Shown: piece after piece, positions 29,284 through 38,711 of the stretch
How positions within the stretch are numbered: position 1 is the first letter of the stretch
Layout of the letters: each line of letters opens with the position of its first letter
DNA from: Candidatus Xenobia bacterium
Lineage (GTDB): Bacteria > Vulcanimicrobiota > Xenobia > Xenobiales > QWHO01
Assembly (NCBI GenBank): GCA_045863235.1
Contig: BTUM01000001.1
Coordinates: forward strand, 160,001-224,000
Reading direction: 5' to 3'
Length of the DNA stretch: 64,000 nucleotides
Program-made: the position numbers and the translations under genes
The notes under the pieces: model-generated
Databases searched by the model: none
What the model saw: the letters and a program-made list of their open reading frames with translations, nothing else
What the model was told of the DNA's origin: nothing

Positions 29284-29528
29284 GGCGGGTCCACCCGGAA
29301 GGCGACGTCGACTCGCCACGGAGCCAAGATGGGGCCAGCCCGCCATGTGCCTACCCGGTGAGGCTTGGCCAATCCGCTCGGCAGACAAGCGGTCGTGTGC
29401 TCGGGGAGCGCGAGTTGGGGTGACGGATTACGACTACACCAAGCGCGGTAGCGGTCTTGCTCAATGTAGAACTCAGCTATGCACGAGCAGGGCTCGGGAC
29501 ATTCCGGGCACCAGTAGGTGACTCGCAT
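29280..29528 (-). CDS. Hypothetical protein
   Basis: 82 aa, overlaps both neighbours. Confidence 0.5.
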   Translation of the reverse strand: MRVTYWCPECPEPCSCIAEFYIEQDRYRAWCSRNPSPQLALPEHTTACLPSGLAKPHRVGTWRAGPILAPWRVDVAFRVDPP

Positions 29529-31294
29529 TAAAACAGCACCCCCTGACCGAAGAACGTTTCGGCCTCGGCACAGATCACGGTCGGGTCCGGCATGACGTAG
29601 GCGTCACCGAGGTGGACGTTGGCTCGCACGACGGCCTCGGCGACCTGCGGGCATACACTGTTGCCGATGCAGCGCACCTGGGCCGTCTTGGTCAGCGGTT
29701 TGCCGTTGAACTCGGGAGCGAGGACGTAGTCAGGTCCGAAGCCCTGGGCGTTGGCCAGCTCGCGCGGCGTGAGCATCCGCATGCCGATGTCCGCCAGGAC
29801 GTAGCCCGGTAGAGCTGCCACGGTTACGAGACCAAAGCGGTCCTTGCTGGTGATGGTGTCGAGCGGCTCGTCAACCGGTGCTGCCACACCCTGACCGAAG
29901 TACTTCTGCAGGAAGGCGGACACGAGAGCGTGGTGCCCTCCGGTCGTAATGGTTGGAATGGGGGAGTCTGCAGGCCCGCCAGAGTGGCCCGTCGTGTTGG
30001 TCATCAGGTGGGCCGTCACGAGCTGCTGCTGACTGCCTTTCCCCGTGAGGGTGGACAGCGGGGTGTCGGCCGGATGTCCGGTTACGCCGCCGTTGTGCTG
30101 CGCCAGGAAGGCCGCCACAAGCTGGGCCCCGTTCTGTGTGGGCACGACCGTGGAGAGCGGCTCGTCAGCAGGTTGACAGCGTGGGTCCTGGCCTTCGCGC
30201 TCGCCATACCTCGGCACGAAGTAGGGCGCCACGAGGGCCTGATTCCGGGCCGTGACCACCGTGGTCAGTGGCTCCTCCACCGAGTTGCAGCGGGGCTCCT
30301 GGCCGGGTGCTTCCCCATAGTGCGGCACCAGGTAGGGGACCACGACGGCTTTGTCAGCCTTCGCGGTGTTCGTCGGGAACGGGCGATCGGTGGAAACCTC
30401 GGGGCTCTGGCCAGCACGCCCACCCACGCCCGCTATGAACGGGTTGACGAGGGCGAACTCTCCGCGCGAGGCGCAGGTGATGGTGCGCAGCGGCTCATCT
30501 ACCGAATGGCAGCGGTCATCCCCGTGGTGCGTGATGGGCACGATGAACGGCCTGGGGTTGTTGACCACATACTTCATCACGCCGCGTGCGATGCGCCTCA
30601 GAGTGGCAGGTTTCAGCGGGCGCTTGCGATTGAAGATCGACGGACACGGAATGCTCCAGTCGATGCACTCAGCGGCCGTTCGGTAGGGGAGCAGGCCTGG
30701 ACCGTGCGTCGGCTTGGGCCATACGATCGGGCCGGGCGTCCGCTTCAGGATGATGAACAGTCGGCGGCGCCAGGTTGGCGATCCGTAGTCGGCGGCGCAC
30801 AGCACACGCCACTCGACCCGATAGCCGAGGGCCTGGCACTTGGCCACCCAGGCTCGGAACAGCTCACCCTTTCGAGCAGGGTCAGGGCGGCCGTTGGGCA
30901 GCAGCTCGCACCAGTCCAGGAACTCGACCACGTTCTCGAGGATGGCCATCTCGGGCCAGACCTCCTCGAGCCAGAGGGGGATCACGTCGGCGAGGGCGCG
31001 GTTCTTCTTGTCGAGCGGCTTGCCGCCCTTGGCCCTGCTGTGGTGGGTGCAGTCAGGGCTGAACCAGATCAGTCCGACGGGTTGGCCGCCGGTGAGAGCC
31101 TTCGGGTTGGCCTGCAGCACGTCGCACTCGGCGTGCAGGGTCGTTGGGTGGTTGGCTCGGTGCATGGCCAGCGCGGCCGCGCAGTGGTTGAGCGCCACGG
31201 CGGGAGCGACCCCGAGGGCGGAGTATATCCCGGTGCTGGCGCCGCCACCTCCGGCAAAGATGTCCAGGATGATCTTCGGGATCGGCGCGCTCAC
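29528..31294 (-). CDS. C5-cytosine DNA methyltransferase
   Basis: FAGGGG, SPDCTHHS, ENV, RRRLF, GNSV motifs. Confidence 0.93.
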   Translation of the reverse strand: MSAPIPKIILDIFAGGGGASTGIYSALGVAPAVALNHCAAALAMHRANHPTTLHAECDVLQANPKALTGGQPVGLIWFSPDCTHHSRAKGGKPLDKKNRALADVIPLWLEEVWPEMAILENVVEFLDWCELLPNGRPDPARKGELFRAWVAKCQALGYRVEWRVLCAADYGSPTWRRRLFIILKRTPGPIVWPKPTHGPGLLPYRTAAECIDWSIPCPSIFNRKRPLKPATLRRIARGVMKYVVNNPRPFIVPITHHGDDRCHSVDEPLRTITCASRGEFALVNPFIAGVGGRAGQSPEVSTDRPFPTNTAKADKAVVVPYLVPHYGEAPGQEPRCNSVEEPLTTVVTARNQALVAPYFVPRYGEREGQDPRCQPADEPLSTVVPTQNGAQLVAAFLAQHNGGVTGHPADTPLSTLTGKGSQQQLVTAHLMTNTTGHSGGPADSPIPTITTGGHHALVSAFLQKYFGQGVAAPVDEPLDTITSKDRFGLVTVAALPGYVLADIGMRMLTPRELANAQGFGPDYVLAPEFNGKPLTKTAQVRCIGNSVCPQVAEAVVRANVHLGDAYVMPDPTVICAEAETFFGQGVLF

Positions 31295-31797
31295 TCTGCC
31301 TCCTCACAAAGGTAGTCGAGCGCTGGACCAAGGTCCCAGGTCTCGATGCCCTGCACGTCCCGCCGCTCGAGCTCGACGAAGCACGGCGGCGCCGGGTCCA
31401 GCGAGAGCTTTCCGCCGTAAGCTTTCGAGACTCGGCGGAAGGGTCTCTGCTGCTGCTTGCGACGCCCCAACTCGCGCTCGAGCTGCTGCCACTGCGCCCA
31501 GGTGCAGGCCCAGGCTCGGCGCCAGTTCGGTCCGACCCGACTGACCAGCACGATGCTAAGACCATCGCCTGCAGCGTGGTTCGTGAGGTGCTCGTACTCC
31601 GCGTCGGTGATGACGTCGAAGCGCAGCTCGTCCTTCTCGGTCTCCTTGCACTCGACCAGCAGGCTCAGCCCGCCAGGCAGCAGCGCGCGCCAGTCGCACG
31701 CAGGCTTCTGGTCGTTGGAATTGCAGACGTGCGAGGCGACCTGGCGCAGGGCTCGGCCGACCTGGCGCTCCCATTCTTTGCCGGGTTTGGCGCTCAT
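31291..31797 (-). CDS. RecU-like Holliday junction resolvase/PD-(D/E)xK nuclease
   Basis: GKEWE...CDW...VECKET. Confidence 0.7.
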   Translation of the reverse strand: MSAKPGKEWERQVGRALRQVASHVCNSNDQKPACDWRALLPGGLSLLVECKETEKDELRFDVITDAEYEHLTNHAAGDGLSIVLVSRVGPNWRRAWACTWAQWQQLERELGRRKQQQRPFRRVSKAYGGKLSLDPAPPCFVELERRDVQGIETWDLGPALDYLCEEAE

Positions 31798-33956
31798 GCT
31801 GGCTTCCTCCGGTTCTTGAGATACTGCGGAATGACGCCGAGCGACTCCGGCGACAGGTTGTCACGCCCCAGCACGGGAGCGCCAGGCAGACAGGCGAACG
31901 CGGCCTTGCCGTACTGCTTGTGCCAGATCCGCGAGTCCATAAAGCAGAACACGCCGCGGTCCAGGTCGCATCGGTTGATGCGGCCGCACGCCTGCTTCAC
32001 CAGGATAAGGGCCGTGGGCAGCGTGTAGGCGTTGAACCCGGCCCGGCCGATGCGGTCGGGCGCAACGTCTGGACCCAGCTCGTCGATGCCGTAGCTCTCT
32101 TTGATGGCGTTGGCCACCACGTCGCTGGGTGGGGTGAACGGGAACTTGTCGACCATCACCAGCACCAGGGACGGACCGGGCACGTCGATGCCCTCCCAGA
32201 AGGACTCGAGGCCCAGGAGCACGCGACCGGCTGGAACTACGTCCAGCTCTTTGCCAGCCAGCCAATCCCGGAGCGCACCCTTCGGAGCGTCGCCCTGCTT
32301 CTTCATAGGCCAGGGCTGGCGCAGCCGACCGGACCCGTCTGGCACCGCGCGCGACAGGCGGCGGAACATCTCGTTCAGCATCGCGTTCGAGGTGAACAGC
32401 AGCAGTGCGTTGCCCCCGGTGAGCGTCAGCATCTGACGATAGACCGGCTCGTAGGCGTCTGCGATCCTGCGGTTCTGCTCAGAGCGCGTCTCGAGACGAC
32501 CGTTGAACCGCTTGCGGTCGAGCAGGTCGGCCGGGAGCTTGGGCACGTAGAACTGGAGGTTGCGCCGATAGTCAAAGGGCGACGCGACTTGCATCTCGTG
32601 CGCAGCTTCGATCCCGAGCTCGGTCTTGAAGAAACTGAAGTCGTGCGGCCCGGCGGCCAGGGTCGCGCTCGCGAACACGCAGGTGCGCTTGAGCAGCGTC
32701 TCGCGGAGGAACGGAGCCACGCGCACCATGGTCAGGCGCATCGCCGGCGCCATCAGTCCACCGTGCTTGTCCCGCTCCTGCTTGGCCCAGAGCACCTTGC
32801 CGGGGTTGGGACGGATCAAGCTGCTGAGGTCGAGGCGGAACTGCTTCAGGCTCTTCGCCAGGGACTCGGCGCGCGGCTTGTCGGTCTTGCCGGCCAGGAC
32901 GTCCTCGAGGCGCTCGAGCTCACGGACAAGAGCGTCGAGCGAACCGCCGGCGAAGTCTTCGCCCTGGAGGCGACAGGACGGCTCGTCGTCCGAGTCCTCG
33001 CGCGGAAGGCGCTCGACCACCAGGCGCTCGGCCTGGTCGAAGAAGATCTCGCCTGCCTGCTGGAGGCGGTCAGTCGAAAGGTTGAGCTTATCGGCCTTGC
33101 GGCGGAGGTAGGTCAACCGAGAGCGTGAGAGTTTGGCCTCGGTGGCGTCGCGTACCCACTTCGGAAGCTTGTGCGCCTCGTCGATGAGCACGGCGTCATG
33201 CTCGGGCAGCAGTTGGCCGTCGAGCAGCAGGTCGAGCGCCAGGATCATGTGATTGACGATGATCACGTCGGCATCCTCGGCTTTGCGCCGGGCGGCATAG
33301 TAGAAGCAGGAGTCGCCGCTCGGACACTTCATCTTGCCGGGGCAGTCCTCGGCCGTGGCGGTGATGGCTTGGCGCAGCGCTCGGTACCGGTCCTGGGTCA
33401 GGTCGAAGGGCAGCTCGGCCAGGTCGCCGGTCTCGGTGGTCTCGAGCCACTCGTTGATCTGGTCCAGCTCGGAGCACTGCGGCGCCTCCTCACCCTCGAA
33501 GCAGAAGAAGTTGCTGCGTCCCTTGCTCACGGCCCAGGTCTGTGCTCGCCCGTGACGTTGCTCAAAATAGGGACCGAGGACTTTGTCCAGGAACTCGAGG
33601 TCCCGCTGATACTGCTGCTGCAGGACGAGCGTGCCGGTGGCCACGACGATGCGCTTCTCGTGCTTGACCGCGCGCAGGAAGGCAGCGATCAGCAGGGCAA
33701 AAGACTTGCCCGTTCCGGTGCCGGCCTCGATGACGCCGTGTCTGCTCTGTTCCATGCAGCGGTACACGACCTGGGCCATGTCGCGCTGCTGGGGGCGGTC
33801 CTGGTAGCCAGGGATGGCCTCGGCCAGGACGGTTCGAAAGATGTAGTCGAGCTCGTCCTCCTGCTTGGCGAAGGCGTTGACCATGAGCGAGATCGGGACT
33901 TTGGGACGGTCGTCGACCCAGCTTGGCTTGCCGCCGCGGTGGTAGGGGGCGGTCAT
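31794..33956 (-). CDS. DinG/YoaA-family ATP-dependent helicase
   Basis: RPQQ, EAGTGTGKS, Fe-S Cys cluster, DEAH, SATL, FWEGIDVPG, QACGRINR. Confidence 0.93.
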   Translation of the reverse strand: MTAPYHRGGKPSWVDDRPKVPISLMVNAFAKQEDELDYIFRTVLAEAIPGYQDRPQQRDMAQVVYRCMEQSRHGVIEAGTGTGKSFALLIAAFLRAVKHEKRIVVATGTLVLQQQYQRDLEFLDKVLGPYFEQRHGRAQTWAVSKGRSNFFCFEGEEAPQCSELDQINEWLETTETGDLAELPFDLTQDRYRALRQAITATAEDCPGKMKCPSGDSCFYYAARRKAEDADVIIVNHMILALDLLLDGQLLPEHDAVLIDEAHKLPKWVRDATEAKLSRSRLTYLRRKADKLNLSTDRLQQAGEIFFDQAERLVVERLPREDSDDEPSCRLQGEDFAGGSLDALVRELERLEDVLAGKTDKPRAESLAKSLKQFRLDLSSLIRPNPGKVLWAKQERDKHGGLMAPAMRLTMVRVAPFLRETLLKRTCVFASATLAAGPHDFSFFKTELGIEAAHEMQVASPFDYRRNLQFYVPKLPADLLDRKRFNGRLETRSEQNRRIADAYEPVYRQMLTLTGGNALLLFTSNAMLNEMFRRLSRAVPDGSGRLRQPWPMKKQGDAPKGALRDWLAGKELDVVPAGRVLLGLESFWEGIDVPGPSLVLVMVDKFPFTPPSDVVANAIKESYGIDELGPDVAPDRIGRAGFNAYTLPTALILVKQACGRINRCDLDRGVFCFMDSRIWHKQYGKAAFACLPGAPVLGRDNLSPESLGVIPQYLKNRRKPA

Positions 33957-34291
33957 TGGGCGTGCTCCAGTGCAGCGAGGGCGGCACGGCATATCGCGAG
34001 CGGAAGAGTGTCGGCCCATATCGCTTCGGGCCGCAGGTTGCGCTCGAGATGCTGAAATGAGGCCGAATAGCGTCCATTTTCTTTCGTGAGAATCCACTCC
34101 CAGCCGCCACGCTGTTCCATGGCCTCAACGATGAGCCATGTCTGGCCTGGGTCAGTGCTCAGCAGAGGCAGGGGAGAAGTACCGAATCCGTGCGTACGCT
34201 GCTGGACGTAGCGAGGGTTCCACTCCAGCGCCCGCTCCGCAGCAAGCGCATCCAGTTCCGGCCCGGCCGGCATCTCGAGCCAGTTGCTCAT
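33953..34291 (-). CDS. Phage ABA-sandwich-like protein
   Basis: AGPELDAL...STD...ADTLPLAICRAAL pattern. Confidence 0.6.
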   Translation of the reverse strand: MSNWLEMPAGPELDALAAERALEWNPRYVQQRTHGFGTSPLPLLSTDPGQTWLIVEAMEQRGGWEWILTKENGRYSASFQHLERNLRPEAIWADTLPLAICRAALAALEHAQ

Positions 34292-34656
34292 ACGGCGAGC
34301 CCTGCGCTCTTCTTGGCTGCATGTCGGATCGCGAACTCCTCCGGTGAGATCGCCTGGACCCGGGCGAACTCGCGCTCAAGCTCAGCCTGGGCGTCCACAC
34401 CGGCCGCCTCGGCCAGGGCCTCCAGGCACAGCAGCGCGGAGCCGATCTCCTGGGCGAGGTCGCCCTGCGGTCGCGAGTAGACCCGGTTGAGCATGGCGAG
34501 CGCCTGGACGTAGCCCAGCTCGCTGGCGTGTGCGGTCTCGAGCGCCTCCTCGAGGAAGCGCAGGGCGCGCTCCTCTTTGGACTGGATGTTGGCTTTGCCG
34601 AAGACCGGGCCGAAGGTGCGGACGGCCCACTCCAAGATGCGTTTCTGTCTTGTCAT
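34288..34656 (-). CDS. MazG-like nucleotide pyrophosphohydrolase
   Basis: WAVRTFG, RFLEEALE, QEIG motifs. Confidence 0.6.
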   Translation of the reverse strand: MTRQKRILEWAVRTFGPVFGKANIQSKEERALRFLEEALETAHASELGYVQALAMLNRVYSRPQGDLAQEIGSALLCLEALAEAAGVDAQAELEREFARVQAISPEEFAIRHAAKKSAGLAV

Positions 34657-34696
34657 CGGGCACCTACCGCATCGAACTCGGCCGCGAGCTCCTGCA

Positions 34697-35647
34697 TCAG
34701 AACGGCACCTCGCCGCCGAACCCCATGCCGGAGACGTCTCCGCCATCCGCGTTGATGACCCGGCCCCCGCTGGAATCTGCAGCAGCATCGTAGCGCTGGA
34801 CGTCCGGTGCATCCTCGTCGTGCTCGATCGTCTCTTCGCTGGTGCGCACGAGCATCGGCATGAGCTCGGCGCGCAGCTTGCGGTAGACTTCGAACTCTTC
34901 TTGAGAGGCGGCCTGGCCAGCCTTTACGGTCAGCCGGAAGTACTCGTTGCCTTTGTCGGTGACCACCTCCCGGCCGAGCTGCCACACGTAGCCGTAGAGC
35001 GAGACCTTTCCGTTGCGTGTGATGTGGGCCACGAAGTCCTCGAGCGCCTTCACGGACTTGAACGCGATCAGTTGGAACACGACCGGCTCTCCGCGCTTGG
35101 CGTCCAGCCAGAGCATGGCTGTGCCGCGTTTGCAGGGTGAGCCGTCCAGCTCGGTGGAGTAGCGGGCCATCGGACAGCCCAGACAGGTCTTGCCGAGCGC
35201 TCCGTGGATGCCCAACTTCTTGGCCTCCGCTCGCTGCTCGTCGGAGAGCGCCGGGTTGAGCTGGGCAGGTTGGCGTGTGTCGGGGGCTCGACACACCGTC
35301 TTGTGCTCACCGAGGAGCAGCGTGTTGAAGCCGATGCGCTTGTAGCCCTCGACCTTAGCCGGGTCTGTAGCTCGGAACAGCGCGGCCGTCTGGAGTCGAG
35401 CGAGCGCTACCCCGGTCATCTCCTTGGGGCCGGCGTCCTTCTCCTCGACGGCGTTCAGGTAGTAGGTGCCGTACTTGCCGTTGAACTTTACCAGCGGGAT
35501 TGCCGGCGCGATGCCCTGCAAGTCGCCTTGCTCGTCTTCCGCGGCGAGCAGATAGGCTGGGACATCGCTGGGCAAGAATCCGGAGCCGGTCATCGCGCGC
35601 GCGAGGGCGCTGTCGTTGGCGGGGACCAGGGCGAGAGCTTCAGACAT
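34697..35647 (-). CDS. Putative ssDNA-binding/recombination protein
   Basis: 316 aa with acidic tail ending EVPF, like SSB C-termini. Confidence 0.5.
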   Translation of the reverse strand: MSEALALVPANDSALARAMTGSGFLPSDVPAYLLAAEDEQGDLQGIAPAIPLVKFNGKYGTYYLNAVEEKDAGPKEMTGVALARLQTAALFRATDPAKVEGYKRIGFNTLLLGEHKTVCRAPDTRQPAQLNPALSDEQRAEAKKLGIHGALGKTCLGCPMARYSTELDGSPCKRGTAMLWLDAKRGEPVVFQLIAFKSVKALEDFVAHITRNGKVSLYGYVWQLGREVVTDKGNEYFRLTVKAGQAASQEEFEVYRKLRAELMPMLVRTSEETIEHDEDAPDVQRYDAAADSSGGRVINADGGDVSGMGFGGEVPF

Positions 35648-35767
35648 GATTGGGTTCCTCCGTGTCGTTGGTGATGTCCTGGAGATCCAGGAGAAGACAG
35701 AACAGCTCGGTGTCGCGCAGCGCCTTAAGGCGGAGGCCGAATGCCTCGACCTGTTCAGGCGCCCAGT

Positions 35768-36259
35768 TCACTCGATGTGGCCGCCGAAGTAGAGCTGAAC
35801 CTGGGCTTGCAAGGCCGCGAGTCGGCGCCGGCGCACGCCCATCTCGTTCTCGGCTTTGCGCACATCGATGTTGGCCTGTTCCAGTGCAGCCTTAGCCTGG
35901 CGGTGCAAAACGTCGGCTTCCTTGTAGGGCTGGGAGTCAGAGCGCAGCTTTTTTAGGGCCAGCTTGCGTTTGCTGTCGTTGCTGGCTTTTTGATAGAGGT
36001 CGTCCTCGTAGAGCTCGGCGTCGACCATCTCGAGCTGGCTCTTGGCGTCCTCGAGCTGCTGCTTTGCCTGCCAGACCTTGGTCTCGGCCTGGGCGATGCG
36101 CTCGGGGTCCTGGTCGTGCGCCTCGCAGGTCGTTGCGATGAGCTTGTGCAGCTCGTTTCGTCGGGTCAGGATTTCGGGCGGCACGATGGATCGACGGATG
36201 AGATCAAGCGCGGCTTTGGTCTGCTCGAGTACTGCCAGAGAGTCGATAGGTGCTGTCAT
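35768..36259 (-). CDS. Coiled-coil hypothetical protein
   Basis: ATGA-coupled start at 36259. Confidence 0.6.
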   Translation of the reverse strand: MTAPIDSLAVLEQTKAALDLIRRSIVPPEILTRRNELHKLIATTCEAHDQDPERIAQAETKVWQAKQQLEDAKSQLEMVDAELYEDDLYQKASNDSKRKLALKKLRSDSQPYKEADVLHRQAKAALEQANIDVRKAENEMGVRRRRLAALQAQVQLYFGGHIE

Positions 36260-36546
36260 TCTGCGGGTGTCTCCTTGCTGGTCTCCATCCAGGCCACGTC
36301 GGCCTCGACGATGGGGCTTGCCCACTTGGCCTTGCCCGGCGCGTAGATCGGATCCCAGCTGTCGCAGCCGAGCCCGTCGGCGATCGGGAAGGTGCCGTCT
36401 TTGGTGCGGCGACCGCCTGCCCGGCAGGTCCCGTCAGGCCAGAGCTTGGTGCAGGAGTGGCAGCCGCGGAGCTCGTGGCGCCTGGCGTGCTCATGGCGTG
36501 CGTGCTCGAGCGCCTCCAGCGTAGCGGGTGTGATGGGGGCGCTCAC
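36256..36546 (-). CDS. Hypothetical protein
   Basis: GTGA-coupled start at 36546. Confidence 0.5.
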   Translation of the reverse strand: MSAPITPATLEALEHARHEHARRHELRGCHSCTKLWPDGTCRAGGRRTKDGTFPIADGLGCDSWDPIYAPGKAKWASPIVEADVAWMETSKETPAE

Positions 36547-37406
36547 CGTTCCCACCTCGCTGGCCACTCCCGGATGCGCAGGTCCTCGGCCCACTCGCTG
36601 GGGTCCTCGCCCTTCGGGTTGGTTGCGCGGTTCCGCCTGGCCCAAACCGAACCGAGCTGCTTGACGAAAACGGCCACACCCTGGCGCCGGCACTGCTCGA
36701 TGAGCGAGCGCACCCAGTCCAACTCCAGAGGTCGTGCGCCTCGCCCACTCTCGCCGCCAATGATGGCCCAGTGGATGCCGGTCAGGTCTGCTTCGACTGG
36801 GCCCAGCAGTGGCTCAAAGCTGATGAACTTGATGTATGCGGGCACGCGCACCAGGCTGTCGATGCGACTGGCTCGACGCTGGTCCTCGACACTGACGCCC
36901 AGCCAGATGTTGCGGATCGGCCAGTTGCCAACTTCCTGATTGAGCGACAGGCACTCGCCCAGAGCCTCTTGCGAGTCCAGCCACTGGAAGAATGCCAGCG
37001 CACGCTCGGGACGTTTGGTCAAGACCTGATACTGGTGCACTGCGACATCCCGATAGCAGGCATCCAGATCCTCGTGTTCACAGCCCTTCTTGCGGCACAC
37101 CAACTTCGCGCCCGTGGCCATCGTCTCGAACACGTCGCGGATGAACTCGAACGGGATCTCCTTGTGCCACAGGTCGCTCATCGAGTTGACGAACACGAGC
37201 TGTGGCTTGCTCCACCTCAGCGGGTCGTCGAGGCGCTCCGGATGCAACGTGACGTCGAAGCCGTTTGGGAAGGCCTTCTGTCCGCGAAACCGCTCGGCCA
37301 GAGTCCTGGCGTAGCAGTTGTCGCAGCCGGGGCTGACCTCGGTGCATCCGGTGACCGGGTTCCAGGTCTTCTCGCTCCAGGCGATGGTCGTGTTGGCACT
37401 CAACAC
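36543..37406 (-). CDS. Gp37/Gp68 (DUF5131) radical-SAM-like protein
   Basis: TWNPVTGCTEVSPGCDNCYA, FVNSMSDL, LTKRP, SFEPLL, GGESG. Confidence 0.92.
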   Translation of the reverse strand: MLSANTTIAWSEKTWNPVTGCTEVSPGCDNCYARTLAERFRGQKAFPNGFDVTLHPERLDDPLRWSKPQLVFVNSMSDLWHKEIPFEFIRDVFETMATGAKLVCRKKGCEHEDLDACYRDVAVHQYQVLTKRPERALAFFQWLDSQEALGECLSLNQEVGNWPIRNIWLGVSVEDQRRASRIDSLVRVPAYIKFISFEPLLGPVEADLTGIHWAIIGGESGRGARPLELDWVRSLIEQCRRQGVAVFVKQLGSVWARRNRATNPKGEDPSEWAEDLRIREWPARWER

Positions 37407-37729
37407 GTCACCTCTGGACGAAGCTCAGCCCGGAAGCTACAGCCCGTGCACCGCTGAACCGCATAGCGCAAGCCGTTGACCAGCAGCTCAGGCTCGGCAT
37501 AGACAATCCCGCCGCACGGGCAGAGGTCAGGCTGCAGGCTCTGGTCGGCCAGACGCTGCATTGCACGCTCGCCGTCGGTGGGAGCTCGCTTGTAGACCCC
37601 ATTCTGCGTCGAATGGACGAAGGCAGAGATTCTCTTCGGCCGCCACCAGGGCTGCGTGAGGTATCCTGACTTGCCGTTGTCCTGCTCCTGGCTGAGGCGA
37701 GTGCGCTTGGAGATGTAAGGATGTCTCAC
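37400..37729 (-). CDS. Hypothetical Zn-ribbon protein
   Basis: 109 aa, CPCGG/CTGC. Confidence 0.55.
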   Translation of the reverse strand: MRHPYISKRTRLSQEQDNGKSGYLTQPWWRPKRISAFVHSTQNGVYKRAPTDGERAMQRLADQSLQPDLCPCGGIVYAEPELLVNGLRYAVQRCTGCSFRAELRPEVTC

Positions 37730-37890
37730 TGTGGCCTCCCGTATTGATGCTGGGCGCGCTCAAGCACGCGGTTGCGATAGGCAGTGACGGCCTCGTCCAG
37801 GGTGCGCTGTGCGAGCACGACCTGGACTCTGGCAGACTCCTCCGAAGCACGGAGCTGCTCGAGACGAACGTCGGGTGGCGGCGCCGTCAT
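37726..37890 (-). CDS. Small hypothetical protein (54 aa)
   Basis: Overlaps both neighbours by 4 nt. Confidence 0.5.
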   Translation of the reverse strand: MTAPPPDVRLEQLRASEESARVQVVLAQRTLDEAVTAYRNRVLERAQHQYGRPQ

Positions 37891-38240
37891 GACGCGGCGA
37901 ACTCTCGGAGCACTCCAGCCAGCTCCATCTGGTCGATGCCAGCCTCAAGTGCGGAGCGGATGGAGCGCGCGAGCTTGCGCTCGAGACGGTTGAGCGTGTC
38001 GGGCTCATCCGGGGTAAACCCGGCCAGGAGCAGCAGTTCTTGAGGGCAGCCCAGCGCGTTGCCGATGCGTCGAATAGTCAAGCTGAAGGTGGTCTTGACG
38101 TTGTCGGAGATGCGCTCTTGTTCGATAGCCGAGACCATGTTGTTGCCCCGGCATACCGTCAGGCCGGCGCGCCGGCACAGCTCCTTCTGACTCCACCCGC
38201 GCTCGCGTCGCTTGTCGCGGAGAAAGGTCGATAGCCTCAT
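37887..38240 (-). CDS. XRE-family HTH regulator
   Basis: LRDKRRERGWSQKELCRRAGL...VSAIE. Confidence 0.85.
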   Translation of the reverse strand: MRLSTFLRDKRRERGWSQKELCRRAGLTVCRGNNMVSAIEQERISDNVKTTFSLTIRRIGNALGCPQELLLLAGFTPDEPDTLNRLERKLARSIRSALEAGIDQMELAGVLREFAAS

Positions 38241-38548
38241 CGTGGCGGTCCCCAGATCTCGAGCGCGAGAGCCAGGATGTTCCTGGCGTGCCTGACGGCG
38301 ACGTCCAATACGCGGCAGCCCTCCGCGGTGATGATGGCCCGCTCGATGGCGGCCTCGTCCACCAGGGCCTGCGCATGCGGGACTACCTGCCGCAGCGAGT
38401 CCAGGTCGTGCACGTACGCGCCCATCTCGCGGATCGTCAGGCTCGGAGCGGCGCGGCATATCCGGATGTTCCAGGCCAAGTCGTCCAGGAAGGTCGCGAA
38501 GAAGGCCGGGTGCTTGCTGCGCCAGCGCGCGAGTTCCTCGGCCGTCAT
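38237..38548 (-). CDS. Hypothetical protein
   Basis: ATGA-coupled. Confidence 0.55.
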   Translation of the reverse strand: MTAEELARWRSKHPAFFATFLDDLAWNIRICRAAPSLTIREMGAYVHDLDSLRQVVPHAQALVDEAAIERAIITAEGCRVLDVAVRHARNILALALEIWGPPR

Positions 38549-38703
38549 CGCGCACGCTCCTCGGCCAGCGTCAGGTATGACCTGGCGCCGTGCTTGAGCC
38601 GACGGAGCGCGGCCTGCCCTGGCGTTTCTGCCAGCTTGCGACGGAGGCGACGGCGCTTCGCCGGAGGTGCCGGCGGTGGGGTGGCCGGGCGCGGCGCGCT
38701 CAT
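38545..38703 (-). CDS. Small basic hypothetical protein
   Basis: ATG at 38703 after GAGGT. Confidence 0.5.
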   Translation of the reverse strand: MSAPRPATPPPAPPAKRRRLRRKLAETPGQAALRRLKHGARSYLTLAEERAR

Positions 38704-38711
38704 TCTGCCAC

